Assembly: GCA_016214655.1 (NCBI GenBank)
Contig: JACROC010000002.1
Span: 3,801-67,800, forward strand
Direction: 5' to 3'
Length of the DNA: 64,000 nucleotides
DNA from: Candidatus Harrisonbacteria bacterium
GTDB lineage: Bacteria; Patescibacteriota; Minisyncoccia; UBA6257; 02-FULL-45-10c
The notes under the pieces are model-generated. The model was not told where the DNA came from and did not search any database. It saw only the letters and a program-made list of their open reading frames with translations. Position 1 is the first letter of the stretch. Each line of letters begins with the position of its first letter. Below are positions 36,562 to 45,043 of the stretch, piece by piece. Position numbers and translations under genes: made by a program.

Positions 36562-37515
36562 TTACTTACGAAGGCCGACGAGACGACCTGCGGGGCCGCC
36601 CCAGGACTCAATTTCAAGCCAGAAAAAAGACAAGTTCCACTGGTCCCCGTCCCAGTAGAGATACGCGACACGCTGGCCACCATACCAGTCCTGCCAGACC
36701 GTTCCTGGAAAGATAAGATAATACTTGCCTTGCCATTCTTTGGGAATGAGATCTTGATGCTCCAGCAGATATTCGGCATGACGCTGGCTAAGATGAGCAT
36801 TGAGCTCCTTGGCTCTCTGCTTCATCACATCGCCCCTCACATAGGACTCGTTAGGCTTGAGGAACTCTACGATATCAGGAACAAACTGCTTACCATCGAA
36901 TGAGGTATCCTCAAGGAGCGTCCAGCCAGATTTAGTTTTATCATAATCGTACTTGTAGGACTCGCGCACAGCCAGGAACCGACAGCCCTCGTGCCACCTA
37001 CAGTCAAAACAGTTAAATTCCATGTAGCGCCCGCCAGAGCCCATCAAAAGATACGGCACTTTGTAATGATTGCGACGGGCATTCGGATCCAGCCAGACCG
37101 AACCCAGTGCGACTACCGAAACGACTGGCGGAAACTGATTCCAAATGTCAGAGTATTTCGCCCCAAAAACTAAAAGTTCGCGAAGCTCGGCGGGACGATA
37201 GCCCATCTTATCCAATTCTTTGAGCGCTTCCTCAGAGGTCAATACCCCGTTGAAATGCACTAGTCCAAGAACAAGATCAACCTCACCCTTCCGAATGGTT
37301 GGGAAGTTTTTGGTGGTGAAGTTATAATTTTGCCCGTCATACTTTCCCATGGCCACCATGGATTCCACCGAAAGATCATAGTTGACCGAAATTGGGAAAG
37401 TTTCCACTTGATTTTCAACTTGAATCTCCTCAGTGTCATTCGGCTCTTTACAAAAGACCAATGGAGAAAATAAAACAGTCGCCCCAAAAGAAAACATCAG
37501 GACAAGCTTTTTCAT
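36562..37515 (-). CDS. Secreted protein (317 aa), paralog of 31075-31833
   Basis: Signal peptide; shared C-terminal block ending GCRFLAVRE. Confidence 0.5.
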   Translation of the reverse strand: MKKLVLMFSFGATVLFSPLVFCKEPNDTEEIQVENQVETFPISVNYDLSVESMVAMGKYDGQNYNFTTKNFPTIRKGEVDLVLGLVHFNGVLTSEEALKELDKMGYRPAELRELLVFGAKYSDIWNQFPPVVSVVALGSVWLDPNARRNHYKVPYLLMGSGGRYMEFNCFDCRWHEGCRFLAVRESYKYDYDKTKSGWTLLEDTSFDGKQFVPDIVEFLKPNESYVRGDVMKQRAKELNAHLSQRHAEYLLEHQDLIPKEWQGKYYLIFPGTVWQDWYGGQRVAYLYWDGDQWNLSFFWLEIESWGGPAGRLVGLRK

Positions 37516-37557
37516 TGTTCCTCCTCTCTTCTTCAGTTTTAAACGAACTGTAAAGTG

Positions 37558-37592
37558 CTTATATATTACTTTAAAATTTATGTTTTGTCAAA
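37558..37592 (-). promoter_or_regulatory. T1 cassette promoter + UTR ACAGTTCGTTTAAAACTGAAG + GGAGG
   Basis: tgtcaa 37585-37590, atatta 37562-37567. Confidence 0.6.
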
Positions 37593-37676
37593 AAAATAAT
37601 CCAAATCGACGACCGGATCAAATTAAAATATATTTAGTGAGTAATAAAAAAGCCCAAAAATAATTTAGGGCGTATA

Positions 37677-37928
37677 TTACCAATTTACTCCTTTTTTAAG
37701 CACGCGATAGAACAGGGCGCCTAGAATCCCAAATAAAACGGGAACAATAAAAAATGCTGGGATGAATAACGGCGAAAAAACATGTGCATCACTTGTTATG
37801 ACCGGTGCTACGATGGAACCTATTAAGATAAGCGATGTAATAGCGATATTTCTACCCCTACATTGCACTTTATATCCCACAAGCACACCTAAACACAGAA
37901 GAAAAACCAACAAAAGCAACCAACCCAT
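37677..37928 (-). CDS. Small membrane protein (83 aa, 2 TM)
   Basis: Hydrophobic. Confidence 0.4.
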   Translation of the reverse strand: MGWLLLLVFLLCLGVLVGYKVQCRGRNIAITSLILIGSIVAPVITSDAHVFSPLFIPAFFIVPVLFGILGALFYRVLKKGVNW

Positions 37929-38034
37929 TACATACCCCCAATAGGATTAAAGAATGCTGTTTATATAGTATCACGCAAAAAAAATCTGTCAATGCAAATA
38001 AAAACCGCCTTTGTGGGGCGGGTTTATTTAAGTT

Positions 38035-38202
38035 TCTTCAAAACCCATTTCTTTCCGTTTTTATCAGTTAAAATAACTTCGTCCGGCCATTCCGAATACG
38101 GCCTTGAATAAGCTTCAGCCAATACATCAGCATTCAATCGCACTAATTCTTTGAGATCTTCCCGGAGTGCATCCATGACATCCCTTCTCATTTTAAAGAA
38201 CT
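38035..38202 (-). CDS. Small ORF (56 aa) with terminator aaacccgccccacaaaggcggttttt
   Basis: ATG with upstream AGGGAT; MRRDVMDALREDLKEL...; not in the >=60-aa ORF track. Confidence 0.3.
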
Positions 38203-38336
38203 ATTTAAATAGTTTATAATTTTAAAATTAAATAAGTCAAATAAAAAATATAAAACCCTACATTTACGTAGGGTCATTATCAGATTTATTTTCTGAATTA
38301 TCGCCGGTCGACGGTAAATTGGAGGGTGTCTCATTT

Positions 38337-38813
38337 TTATTTATCATTGTCCTTTTTCTTTCTGACTTTTTCTAGAATATCCGAACGAACATAAACATAT
38401 TTATCCCGTGGCAGGAACCAAGGTATTAAGGCACGGAGTAATTTATTTCTAGGAGCAGAAGCCGCTAAAACGCCATTTTTTTGAAAACTGACTACAACGC
38501 TTTCATTATTTACTTCAATTGAACCGATGAGATTATCCCCTAATACTGCTAAGAAAAAAGGGTTGTCCACGATGCTTACATAATTTTCACCTGCTACCCT
38601 AACCTTCATAGTCATACTACTGGTATATACATTTAAAACCGTTCCTTGTAGTAAAGCACCGCCATTACCAATGGCACTAACCCAGACAGTAACGGTAGAC
38701 TTATGGACCAACTTATTTAAATTGTTTAAATCGTCCAATTCTTTTGCAAAAATATTGGAAGAACAAAATAAAAATAGTCCGATGACCATAACCATCTTTT
38801 TCTTCATTTCCAA
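38337..38813 (-). CDS. Secreted hypothetical protein (158 aa)
   Basis: Signal peptide MVMVIGLFLFCSSNIFA. Confidence 0.4.
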   Translation of the reverse strand: MEMKKKMVMVIGLFLFCSSNIFAKELDDLNNLNKLVHKSTVTVWVSAIGNGGALLQGTVLNVYTSSMTMKVRVAGENYVSIVDNPFFLAVLGDNLIGSIEVNNESVVVSFQKNGVLAASAPRNKLLRALIPWFLPRDKYVYVRSDILEKVRKKKDNDK

Positions 38814-38887
38814 CCTCCTTTTTCAATGAGCATTCTCTGCTTTTCAGCAGTGTTGATATATTAACATAAAATTTTTATAAATCAAAT

Positions 38888-38927
38888 CTGGATCGGCAAC
38901 TGGAGCGGGTTAGAACCTGTTTGGTGA
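38888..38927. repeat. T2 element
   Basis: TGGATCGGCAACTGGAGCGGG-TTAGAAC-CTGTTTGGTG. Confidence 0.55.
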
Positions 38928-38970
38928 GGTTATAAAAAAAACCGCTGGGCGAACCAAGCGGCTGTTTTTA

Positions 38971-39153
38971 TCAAACAAGTGCAACTTGAAATTGATTTTT
39001 ATCGTCTGTATAACCTCGAATTTCAGCAACTTGCTTCGCACTACCATCTCTAGATGTTGAACAAAGATTGCAAGTTCCCATACGAATTTTATTGGGAGGC
39101 ACTTCTATACCCACTTTCTTTAAGCATCCAACACAATAAGTATGTATACTCAT
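38971..39153 (-). CDS. Small zinc-ribbon protein (60 aa)
   Basis: CVGC...CNLC four-Cys arrangement. Confidence 0.4.
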   Translation of the reverse strand: MSIHTYCVGCLKKVGIEVPPNKIRMGTCNLCSTSRDGSAKQVAEIRGYTDDKNQFQVALV

Positions 39154-39220
39154 TCCTTTTCTCGCTAATAATGTTCTGTAACTATATTATTCTCTAATCA
39201 AAAATAAATCAAATAAATTT

Positions 39221-39258
39221 AGGTCAGCAACTGGATCGAGTCGGAACCTGTTTAGTTG
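39221..39258. repeat. T2 element
   Basis: AGGTCAGCAACTGGATCGAG-TCGGAAC-CTGTTTAGTTG. Confidence 0.5.
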
Positions 39259-39288
39259 AGTCATAAAAGAAAAAAGTCATTCGCGCGA

Positions 39289-39780
39289 CTATTGATTCTC
39301 TCTGACTTGATTATTATCTTTGAAGTCTTGATACAAACCCGAAGATTTATCCTCATTAAACCAATAATTTTTTTCATTAGGATTGATTGAAATAAGGCTA
39401 CGAACTAATTGGTCTTTGGTGCAACAGAGTGAGGTTCGTTTGCCGTATCGAAATCTGTACGTTTTCTGCCAAAGTTTTGCCGTCTCTGTCACGGGCTCTT
39501 CAACTATGACTGGTCCCCAAAAATGGAGTCCTAATCTGCAAAGAAATTTTATTTCCTTATCGTCTGTATTTAAACCACCAGATTCTAGCAAATGGCTTCG
39601 TGCCTCATCCATGAAAACAATAGTGAAAATGGTGAGCAAATACATCAAAAGCCAAAAAATTAAGATTCCCTTCAATCCCCAGACTAAAACGATAAACGCC
39701 ACCAGAAGCCAGTCTTGTAAACCAGCTGGTCTCGTGGAAAGTATTAATTTAACTAACTTCATTTCCCATCTCCTTTTCAA
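39289..39780 (-). CDS. Membrane protein (163 aa)
   Basis: 2 TM helices near N-terminus. Confidence 0.4.
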   Translation of the reverse strand: MKRRWEMKLVKLILSTRPAGLQDWLLVAFIVLVWGLKGILIFWLLMYLLTIFTIVFMDEARSHLLESGGLNTDDKEIKFLCRLGLHFWGPVIVEEPVTETAKLWQKTYRFRYGKRTSLCCTKDQLVRSLISINPNEKNYWFNEDKSSGLYQDFKDNNQVRENQ

Positions 39781-39834
39781 CGAGCGTTAGGTGCTGATAA
39801 ATATATTACTAAGAAATAAGAATAAAATCAAACC

Positions 39835-39873
39835 TGGGTCGTCTAGTGAACAATGTTAGAACTTGTTTGATGA
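39835..39873. repeat. T2 element (variant)
   Basis: TGGGTCGTCTAGTGAACAATG-TTAGAAC-TTGTTTGATG. Confidence 0.5.
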
Positions 39874-39920
39874 TTTGAAAAATAAAAACCGTTGAGCAAA
39901 TCAACGGTTCCTGAATTCTA

Positions 39921-40343
39921 TTATTCAATTACCTGCGTCATTCCCTTTCCCGTCTTTCCGTGATCCCAACCGGCGCCTTCAACATTCTTTTCCGAATGGA
40001 GGTGAATTTCTAGGGAAATCACCCGCCAACGCGCATTAATGCCATTGTCCCGCATCACAACATGCGACCACATCTTCTCCTCCCCTGAAACATCTTTGAA
40101 AAGATGTACACAATCGGAATAATCATTACATCGATATGCTTCCATTTTTAGTTCTTTAGAGTCATTTTTCTCAGTAATCAAAGTCCAATTATACCGGTCA
40201 TGCATCAATACGCGAACGATATTCTCAACTTTCTCCTCCGAAATTCTCGAGATCCTTTTCATTTCTTGCCGCGTCACTGTATAAATAGTAGATAAACACA
40301 AGGCAATACACATCAAAACTAAAACCCTATAAAGATTTTTCAT
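39921..40343 (-). CDS. Secreted hypothetical protein (140 aa)
   Basis: Signal peptide. Confidence 0.4.
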   Translation of the reverse strand: MKNLYRVLVLMCIALCLSTIYTVTRQEMKRISRISEEKVENIVRVLMHDRYNWTLITEKNDSKELKMEAYRCNDYSDCVHLFKDVSGEEKMWSHVVMRDNGINARWRVISLEIHLHSEKNVEGAGWDHGKTGKGMTQVIE

Positions 40344-40460
40344 CGCCCCTCCTTTGCTTCCCCTTATTTAGTACTATTTAAAAATTACCACAATATATTT
40401 ATTCTGTCAATTAAACGTACCGGCGAGTTCAATAAGTAAGTGCACCATTTGGTAAAAAAG

Positions 40461-40754
40461 TTATTTCTTACTGACATCGATTATCTCCTCCCAAAACATG
40501 GTGGCGCTATTCGTAGGATCACCTTCACCATTAATACCGCAAAGTTCCACACCCCCTTCGCTGATGCCGCGCACTACCAATTGCTGAATTACTTCAATGC
40601 TTCCATTTCCCTTTCGCCTGGTAACTTCTACCATACCTTTTTCAAGAGATTCTTCCGACAAGAAAATCTCCAAGGATGCTTGAAAAATTAGGCGAAGGCG
40701 CTCACGTTTTTCTTGATCAGATTCTTTTTGGGGACCGCGTTCAAATTGACTCAT
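40461..40754 (-). CDS. Hypothetical protein (97 aa)
   Basis: Intact ORF. Confidence 0.35.
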   Translation of the reverse strand: MSQFERGPQKESDQEKRERLRLIFQASLEIFLSEESLEKGMVEVTRRKGNGSIEVIQQLVVRGISEGGVELCGINGEGDPTNSATMFWEEIIDVSKK

Positions 40755-40801
40755 TTATAAAATAGGGATCATTATGATGAATAATATTAAAACTTCTTTA
40801 A

Positions 40802-41695
40802 TCAATCTCGAATTAACATCACCCCAACAATCATAATAGCAAAAAGCAGTGCTTTTTTGGCAATTGCCCAACCATCAATTTCCTCTCTAAATACACCCGG
40901 CAGATTTTTTGATAAAAACCTGGCATAAAATACCAGAAAAAATGGCGTGAGCATCGAAATGCTCTTCGCCATACTTACTGAAGCAAGCGCAATCGCGTAA
41001 CTTTCGGAAACAAAGGCAATAAAGGTGAATGTTTCCTCAGCCGCAAAAACCGGAAACATTTGCCTGAAAATGTTGACGTTAGCTATAATGTCACTTCTTG
41101 TGCGTTGTGGAATTAAGAAAAGCAAAGCCAGCAAAAGCGCCGTTCCCCCTTCCCCAACAAGCACAGTACCCAAATTCACTCCTTGTCCAAAAAGATATTT
41201 GATCAACACCCCCTCAAATGAAAGAATAAAAGCCGCCAATCCAATATACCAGAAAGCCTTGCTGAATCGAAAATCTTCTTTCCAACCTCTTAAACTCAAA
41301 AGCGTGCTGCTCAATATAAGCAATCCGATACCAACATATTGAAACAAAGTCAGAACTTCACCGACAATAAAAAAGGCCAAGATGGGAATGAAAATTCTCC
41401 CCAACGAGAAAAAGGAAATGGCAATAGAAGTGTCATCGCTTTGCAGTCCTTTATAGTAAGGATAAAGATATATAATATTAATGAAGCCCAAAAGAAATAA
41501 AATCGGGAAAACAGCCGCCGACGGCATGACTGGCTTAAAAAAAATAAAAACTAATGGGAGAAACAAAAGATTAAATAAAGAAGTGTAAAATGCGAGAGTG
41601 GTTGGATTTTTAAATTTTTGATTAACTAAAAAATTATCTAAAACGTTGGACAGGGCATAAAAAGCCGGCGCTAAAAATGCAATCAACAGCCACAT
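40802..41695 (-). CDS. EamA/DMT-superfamily transporter (10 TM)
   Basis: Two 5-TM repeats, 297 aa. Confidence 0.6.
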   Translation of the reverse strand: MWLLIAFLAPAFYALSNVLDNFLVNQKFKNPTTLAFYTSLFNLLFLPLVFIFFKPVMPSAAVFPILFLLGFINIIYLYPYYKGLQSDDTSIAISFFSLGRIFIPILAFFIVGEVLTLFQYVGIGLLILSSTLLSLRGWKEDFRFSKAFWYIGLAAFILSFEGVLIKYLFGQGVNLGTVLVGEGGTALLLALLFLIPQRTRSDIIANVNIFRQMFPVFAAEETFTFIAFVSESYAIALASVSMAKSISMLTPFFLVFYARFLSKNLPGVFREEIDGWAIAKKALLFAIMIVGVMLIRD

Positions 41696-41736
41696 AAGAA
41701 AATTATAACACGGTAAGAAGCAATTTTATTTACCCC

Positions 41737-41813
41737 GCCCCAAAACTCACCGTATTTTGAAAAAGAAAAAGCCCCAGATGGGATAAAACCATATAGGGCT
41801 TTTGAAGTTGCTT
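41737..41813. repeat. T3 element with conserved hairpin loop
   Basis: ...GAAAAAGAAAAAGCCCCAGATGGGATAAAACCATATAGGGCTTTTG. Confidence 0.5.
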
Positions 41814-42177
41814 CTTTCTCCATTGCTTCAAAAAAGTTGATTATGCTTCCCTAGCATAAAACCTGCGACATCTTTGTATTCATTCCATTGTTTTCTGACC
41901 TTACTCTTTAAAATAGCGGGTATGGTAATTGGCCAATAAACTACGAACATCACAGCTGTTAAAGCAGTTTCCATTCTCATACCCCCTCTTCCTTTTGAGT
42001 TTATACTTCAGAGTACTGCGTATATAATATATTAAAATAATCCTTTTGTTAAAAAAAGAGCCCCGGTACTATAAAAGCTACTGGGGGAGGTGCCTGCTAC
42101 CCCCGCTCTCGAACAGGAACCTCAATATATTAATATCATATCGTTGTTAATAAAGTCAATTAAAAAAACCGCCCTTA

Positions 42178-42456
42178 TTAAGTGATTTCACGCAACATAT
42201 CAACTAAAACAGGGTCTTCTATATATCTCCAAAATCTGGGCAAAGGAGCGTAATAGGTTCGATTCCATTCGTCTCCAGAACAGGAGCATGGCAAAAATGG
42301 ATAAACGGTAATCAGTTGTTTCGTTTGAAATCCTTTGAGTAAAGGAAGCAGCTCTTCCGGCTTTAATCGGGTGCGAGCTTCCAATTCGAGAGAACTCTGG
42401 ATCCCGCCTTCTTTTAAAGCGTGAATCAGCCTGTCCACGGCCATTTTCTTTTCCAT
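42178..42456 (-). CDS. Hypothetical protein (92 aa)
   Basis: T1 cassette promoter. Confidence 0.4.
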   Translation of the reverse strand: MEKKMAVDRLIHALKEGGIQSSLELEARTRLKPEELLPLLKGFQTKQLITVYPFLPCSCSGDEWNRTYYAPLPRFWRYIEDPVLVDMLREIT

Positions 42457-42496
42457 TCTCCTTCCTTTTTCAGTTTTAAACGAACTTAAAAGTGCT

Positions 42497-42530
42497 TCTA
42501 TCTTATTTCAAGATTTACTATCTGTCAAAA
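42497..42530 (-). promoter_or_regulatory. T1 cassette promoter TTGACA-17-TAAGAT + UTR AAGTTCGTTTAAAACTGAAA
   Basis: tgtcaa 42523-42528; terminator ccgctaaagcgtaagctgaagcgg upstream (42536-42560). Confidence 0.6.
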
Positions 42531-42571
42531 GAAAAACCGCTTCAGCTTACGCTTTAGCGGTTCTATTTAAT

Positions 42572-42916
42572 TCAAAACACTACGGTCCGCACCACTTCCG
42601 AATATCCGATCATTCCTTGATTTGAACCATGAGGATTCAATAAAACCCACTCGAGATATTTCTTATAAGCCTCCTCACGACTTATTTTTCCGAGAACAAC
42701 CACATTCATTTGCTTTGAACCGCTACAATTAAAAATGATGCGATAATCATCTACCTTTTCCCACTTGACGTCCCCGCGCGTTCCATGAACTTCAGATAAG
42801 TCAGTTGTACTAGAGCTGGGATAAAATTTACTCATAAACCGCCTCTTTAACTCTGGGTTCGCGTTTATTTCATCCAGGAATTTTTTAATTCTCTTATCAT
42901 AAAGTCTCACAATCAA
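42572..42916 (-). CDS. RelE/ParE-family toxin-like protein (114 aa), no adjacent antitoxin
   Basis: N-terminal KKFLDEINANPELKRRFMSKF and C-terminal GDVKWEKVDDYRIIFNCSGSKQMNVVVLGKISREEAY fit the RelE/ParE pattern. Confidence 0.4.
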   Translation of the reverse strand: MIVRLYDKRIKKFLDEINANPELKRRFMSKFYPSSSTTDLSEVHGTRGDVKWEKVDDYRIIFNCSGSKQMNVVVLGKISREEAYKKYLEWVLLNPHGSNQGMIGYSEVVRTVVF

Positions 42917-43008
42917 CTCCTATTTATTTGTAAACTGTCTTGATAAAGTGTATTTCAAAAGCGCTCTATAGTCAACTTTCATATTCTAGAGGATACTAAA
43001 GTCAAATT

Positions 43009-43047
43009 TGGGTCACCTAGTGAATAATACAAGAACCTATTTAATCG
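43009..43047. repeat. T2 element (variant)
   Basis: TGGGTCACCTAGTGAATAATAC-AAGAAC-CTATTTAATCG. Confidence 0.45.
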
Positions 43048-43086
43048 AATTGTAAAAGAAAAAAGCGCGATTCATCGCACTTTTAG

Positions 43087-43353
43087 TTACCTCACCACAT
43101 CCCGAACTGCGGCAACAGACTCAAGTTCATTCTCGAAGAAACACCCCCCTTTCAATCCTTGCTCGTCTTGAAAAGCCACTGCATAAATAAATTCGCCGCT
43201 ATGGTCACCTCGCGCTACATTCATAACATAACCAACTCTGCCGAATAATTGCCGGCGCTCCCTGCTGAAGAAAAACTTATAAAGAAAACTGACATTGCGA
43301 ACTCGAACTTCATCAAGTACCTCAAAACGCGCTGTTTTCTGCTGTCCCATCAC
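43087..43353 (-). CDS. Hypothetical protein (88 aa)
   Basis: Intact ORF. Confidence 0.35.
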   Translation of the reverse strand: MMGQQKTARFEVLDEVRVRNVSFLYKFFFSRERRQLFGRVGYVMNVARGDHSGEFIYAVAFQDEQGLKGGCFFENELESVAAVRDVVR

Positions 43354-43416
43354 TACTCCTTATAGAAATATGCTATTCACTATATTACTAAGAATAAAAA
43401 ATAAGTCAATTGTTTT

Positions 43417-43450
43417 TCGAGTGAATAAATAGGTCTAGAACCCGCTTCAT
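43417..43450. repeat. T2 element (degenerate)
   Basis: TCGAGTGAATAAATAGGTC-TAGAAC-CCGCTTCAT. Confidence 0.4.
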
Positions 43451-43485
43451 AAATACATAAAAAAGCGATATTAAATATAGCCCTA

Positions 43486-43821
43486 TCAATCTCCAAATTT
43501 TACCAACTTGTCACCCCCTGAAAGAACATAGTCGGTTGTCACTACAAGAATCTCTCCTATAAAAATCTGAGACTTGCCATCTTCTGCACTTAACACAGAC
43601 ATTCCCGCCTTTCTTTTCAAGATATTCACCGGATTGCTTTCGTTTGGACCTATCGAAAATACGGTAATCGTATCATGTTTAGAAATACGGAGCCCCTTTG
43701 AATTCATAAAATTCCTGAGGCAGGTTATATTATCCCCGTCTATATATGTAACCGTAAAACACTTTCTTTTGTGCTCTAAAGTAATAACATTTGTCTTATG
43801 AGAATTCTTTTTAATACTCAA
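43486..43821 (-). CDS. Hypothetical protein (111 aa)
   Basis: Intact ORF. Confidence 0.35.
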   Translation of the reverse strand: MSIKKNSHKTNVITLEHKRKCFTVTYIDGDNITCLRNFMNSKGLRISKHDTITVFSIGPNESNPVNILKRKAGMSVLSAEDGKSQIFIGEILVVTTDYVLSGGDKLVKFGD

Positions 43822-43992
43822 GAACTCACTCCTTATATATCAATTAACTAAGAAAAGACTAGCAAATCTGGTATGGTTTGTCTAACGGAAAATGTTACAA
43901 CTGAAATAATGAAAACGTAATTTATTGATTTATTAAAGATTTTTTATTAGAATATGGTCAGAATAAAACCTACCTTAAAAAAGGAATACAAT

Positions 43993-44124
43993 GAAAATGA
44001 ACTGGGTGGCATTTACTGTTGTCTTCTTTGCCTTTCTTGCGGCCACCGGCAATGTACTTTCTGGATTGTTATGGGGTGTGGCTCTCGGATTACTATTTGC
44101 CAATACAAAAAGCAAATAACATTG
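43993..44124 (+). CDS. Small membrane protein (43 aa)
   Basis: AAAAAGGAATACA-ATG; MKMNWVAFTVVFFAFLAATGNVLSGLLWGVALGLLFANTKSK; terminator ccgctcatatcttgagcgg + T8. Confidence 0.4.
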
Positions 44125-44167
44125 TCCCAATCTCTCCGCTCATATCTTGAGCGGATTTTTTATTTTT

Positions 44168-44240
44168 ACACCGCCTCGCTACTCGCTATATTTCTTAAAA
44201 AAAGCCCCGAATGGGATTGAACCATTTAGGGGGCTTTGGG
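44168..44240. repeat. T3 element
   Basis: CACCGCCTCGCTACTCGCTATATTTCTTAAAAAAAGCCCCGAATGGGATTGAACCATTTAGGGGGCT. Confidence 0.5.
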
Positions 44241-44585
44241 ATCAACTGCCAGATCTTCAGGCAACGATACGAAAATTTAGCCAAGTCGGCGGCTTACCGT
44301 TCCATAATTCATCAGCGGTCAGCGACGGAAGAGAAAGCTCTTGAAATTCGTCTTCTCCGCTCTTTTTGGAAAAATACTGGATGACTGCCCCCGTCCCATC
44401 AATTCTTTATTTTTTTAGAATGAACTTCCTTCCTATATCCGATAACCACTGCCGTGGATTCTAATATACTCGAGGATGATATTACATTCGTCCCAAATCT
44501 TTTACCGCGAATTTACATCCGGCAATTTCTTCAAAAATCTTATCTTAAAAATAAATTAAGTGGTAAATCTGGTATAATATAATAA

Positions 44586-44750
44586 ATGAGCAGAAAATCA
44601 CTTATCTGGATTAGTATGCTTTTGGGCTCAACAATCGGGGGCTTCGTCCCGATACTCTGGGGCGGAGATGCACTCTCCTTTTCCTCGATACTTCTAAGCG
44701 GCATCGGAGGGATTCTTGGCATCTGGTTCGGTTTTAAATTTGGAGAATAA
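44586..44750 (+). CDS. Small membrane protein (54 aa), leaderless-like (TGGTATAAT 7 nt before ATG)
   Basis: MSRKSLIWISMLLGSTIGGFVPILWGGDALSFSSILLSGIGGILGIWFGFKFGE; extended -10 at 44566-44574. Confidence 0.4.
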   Translation: MSRKSLIWISMLLGSTIGGFVPILWGGDALSFSSILLSGIGGILGIWFGFKFGE

Positions 44751-44761
44751 AAAATAAATCA

Positions 44762-45040
44762 ATGATTAAAATCGTCGGTAATGACATTTTTAAAAACGGA
44801 CAGAAAATCGGCTGGGTACAAAGCGATGATATTTACGATTCCAGCGGCAGAAAATTGGGGTATTACTCAGGCAATGATATTTATAACCGTAGCGGCACCA
44901 AAATCGCCTACGTTGAAGGCGGCAGTATAAAGAGGGAAAATGGCTCTACGATCAGCGTTGAGCAAAATCGGCTGCGTATTACCGGTGGAAATTATTCTGA
45001 TATCTGCAGAGCTGCCATTCGTTTACTTTTTGGAGATTAA
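44762..45040 (+). CDS. Hypothetical protein with two roughly 16-aa internal repeats (DIYDSSGRKLGYYSGN / DIYNRSGTKIAYVEGG)
   Basis: Intact ORF immediately upstream of greA. Confidence 0.4.
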   Translation: MIKIVGNDIFKNGQKIGWVQSDDIYDSSGRKLGYYSGNDIYNRSGTKIAYVEGGSIKRENGSTISVEQNRLRITGGNYSDICRAAIRLLFGD

Positions 45041-45043
45041 ATC

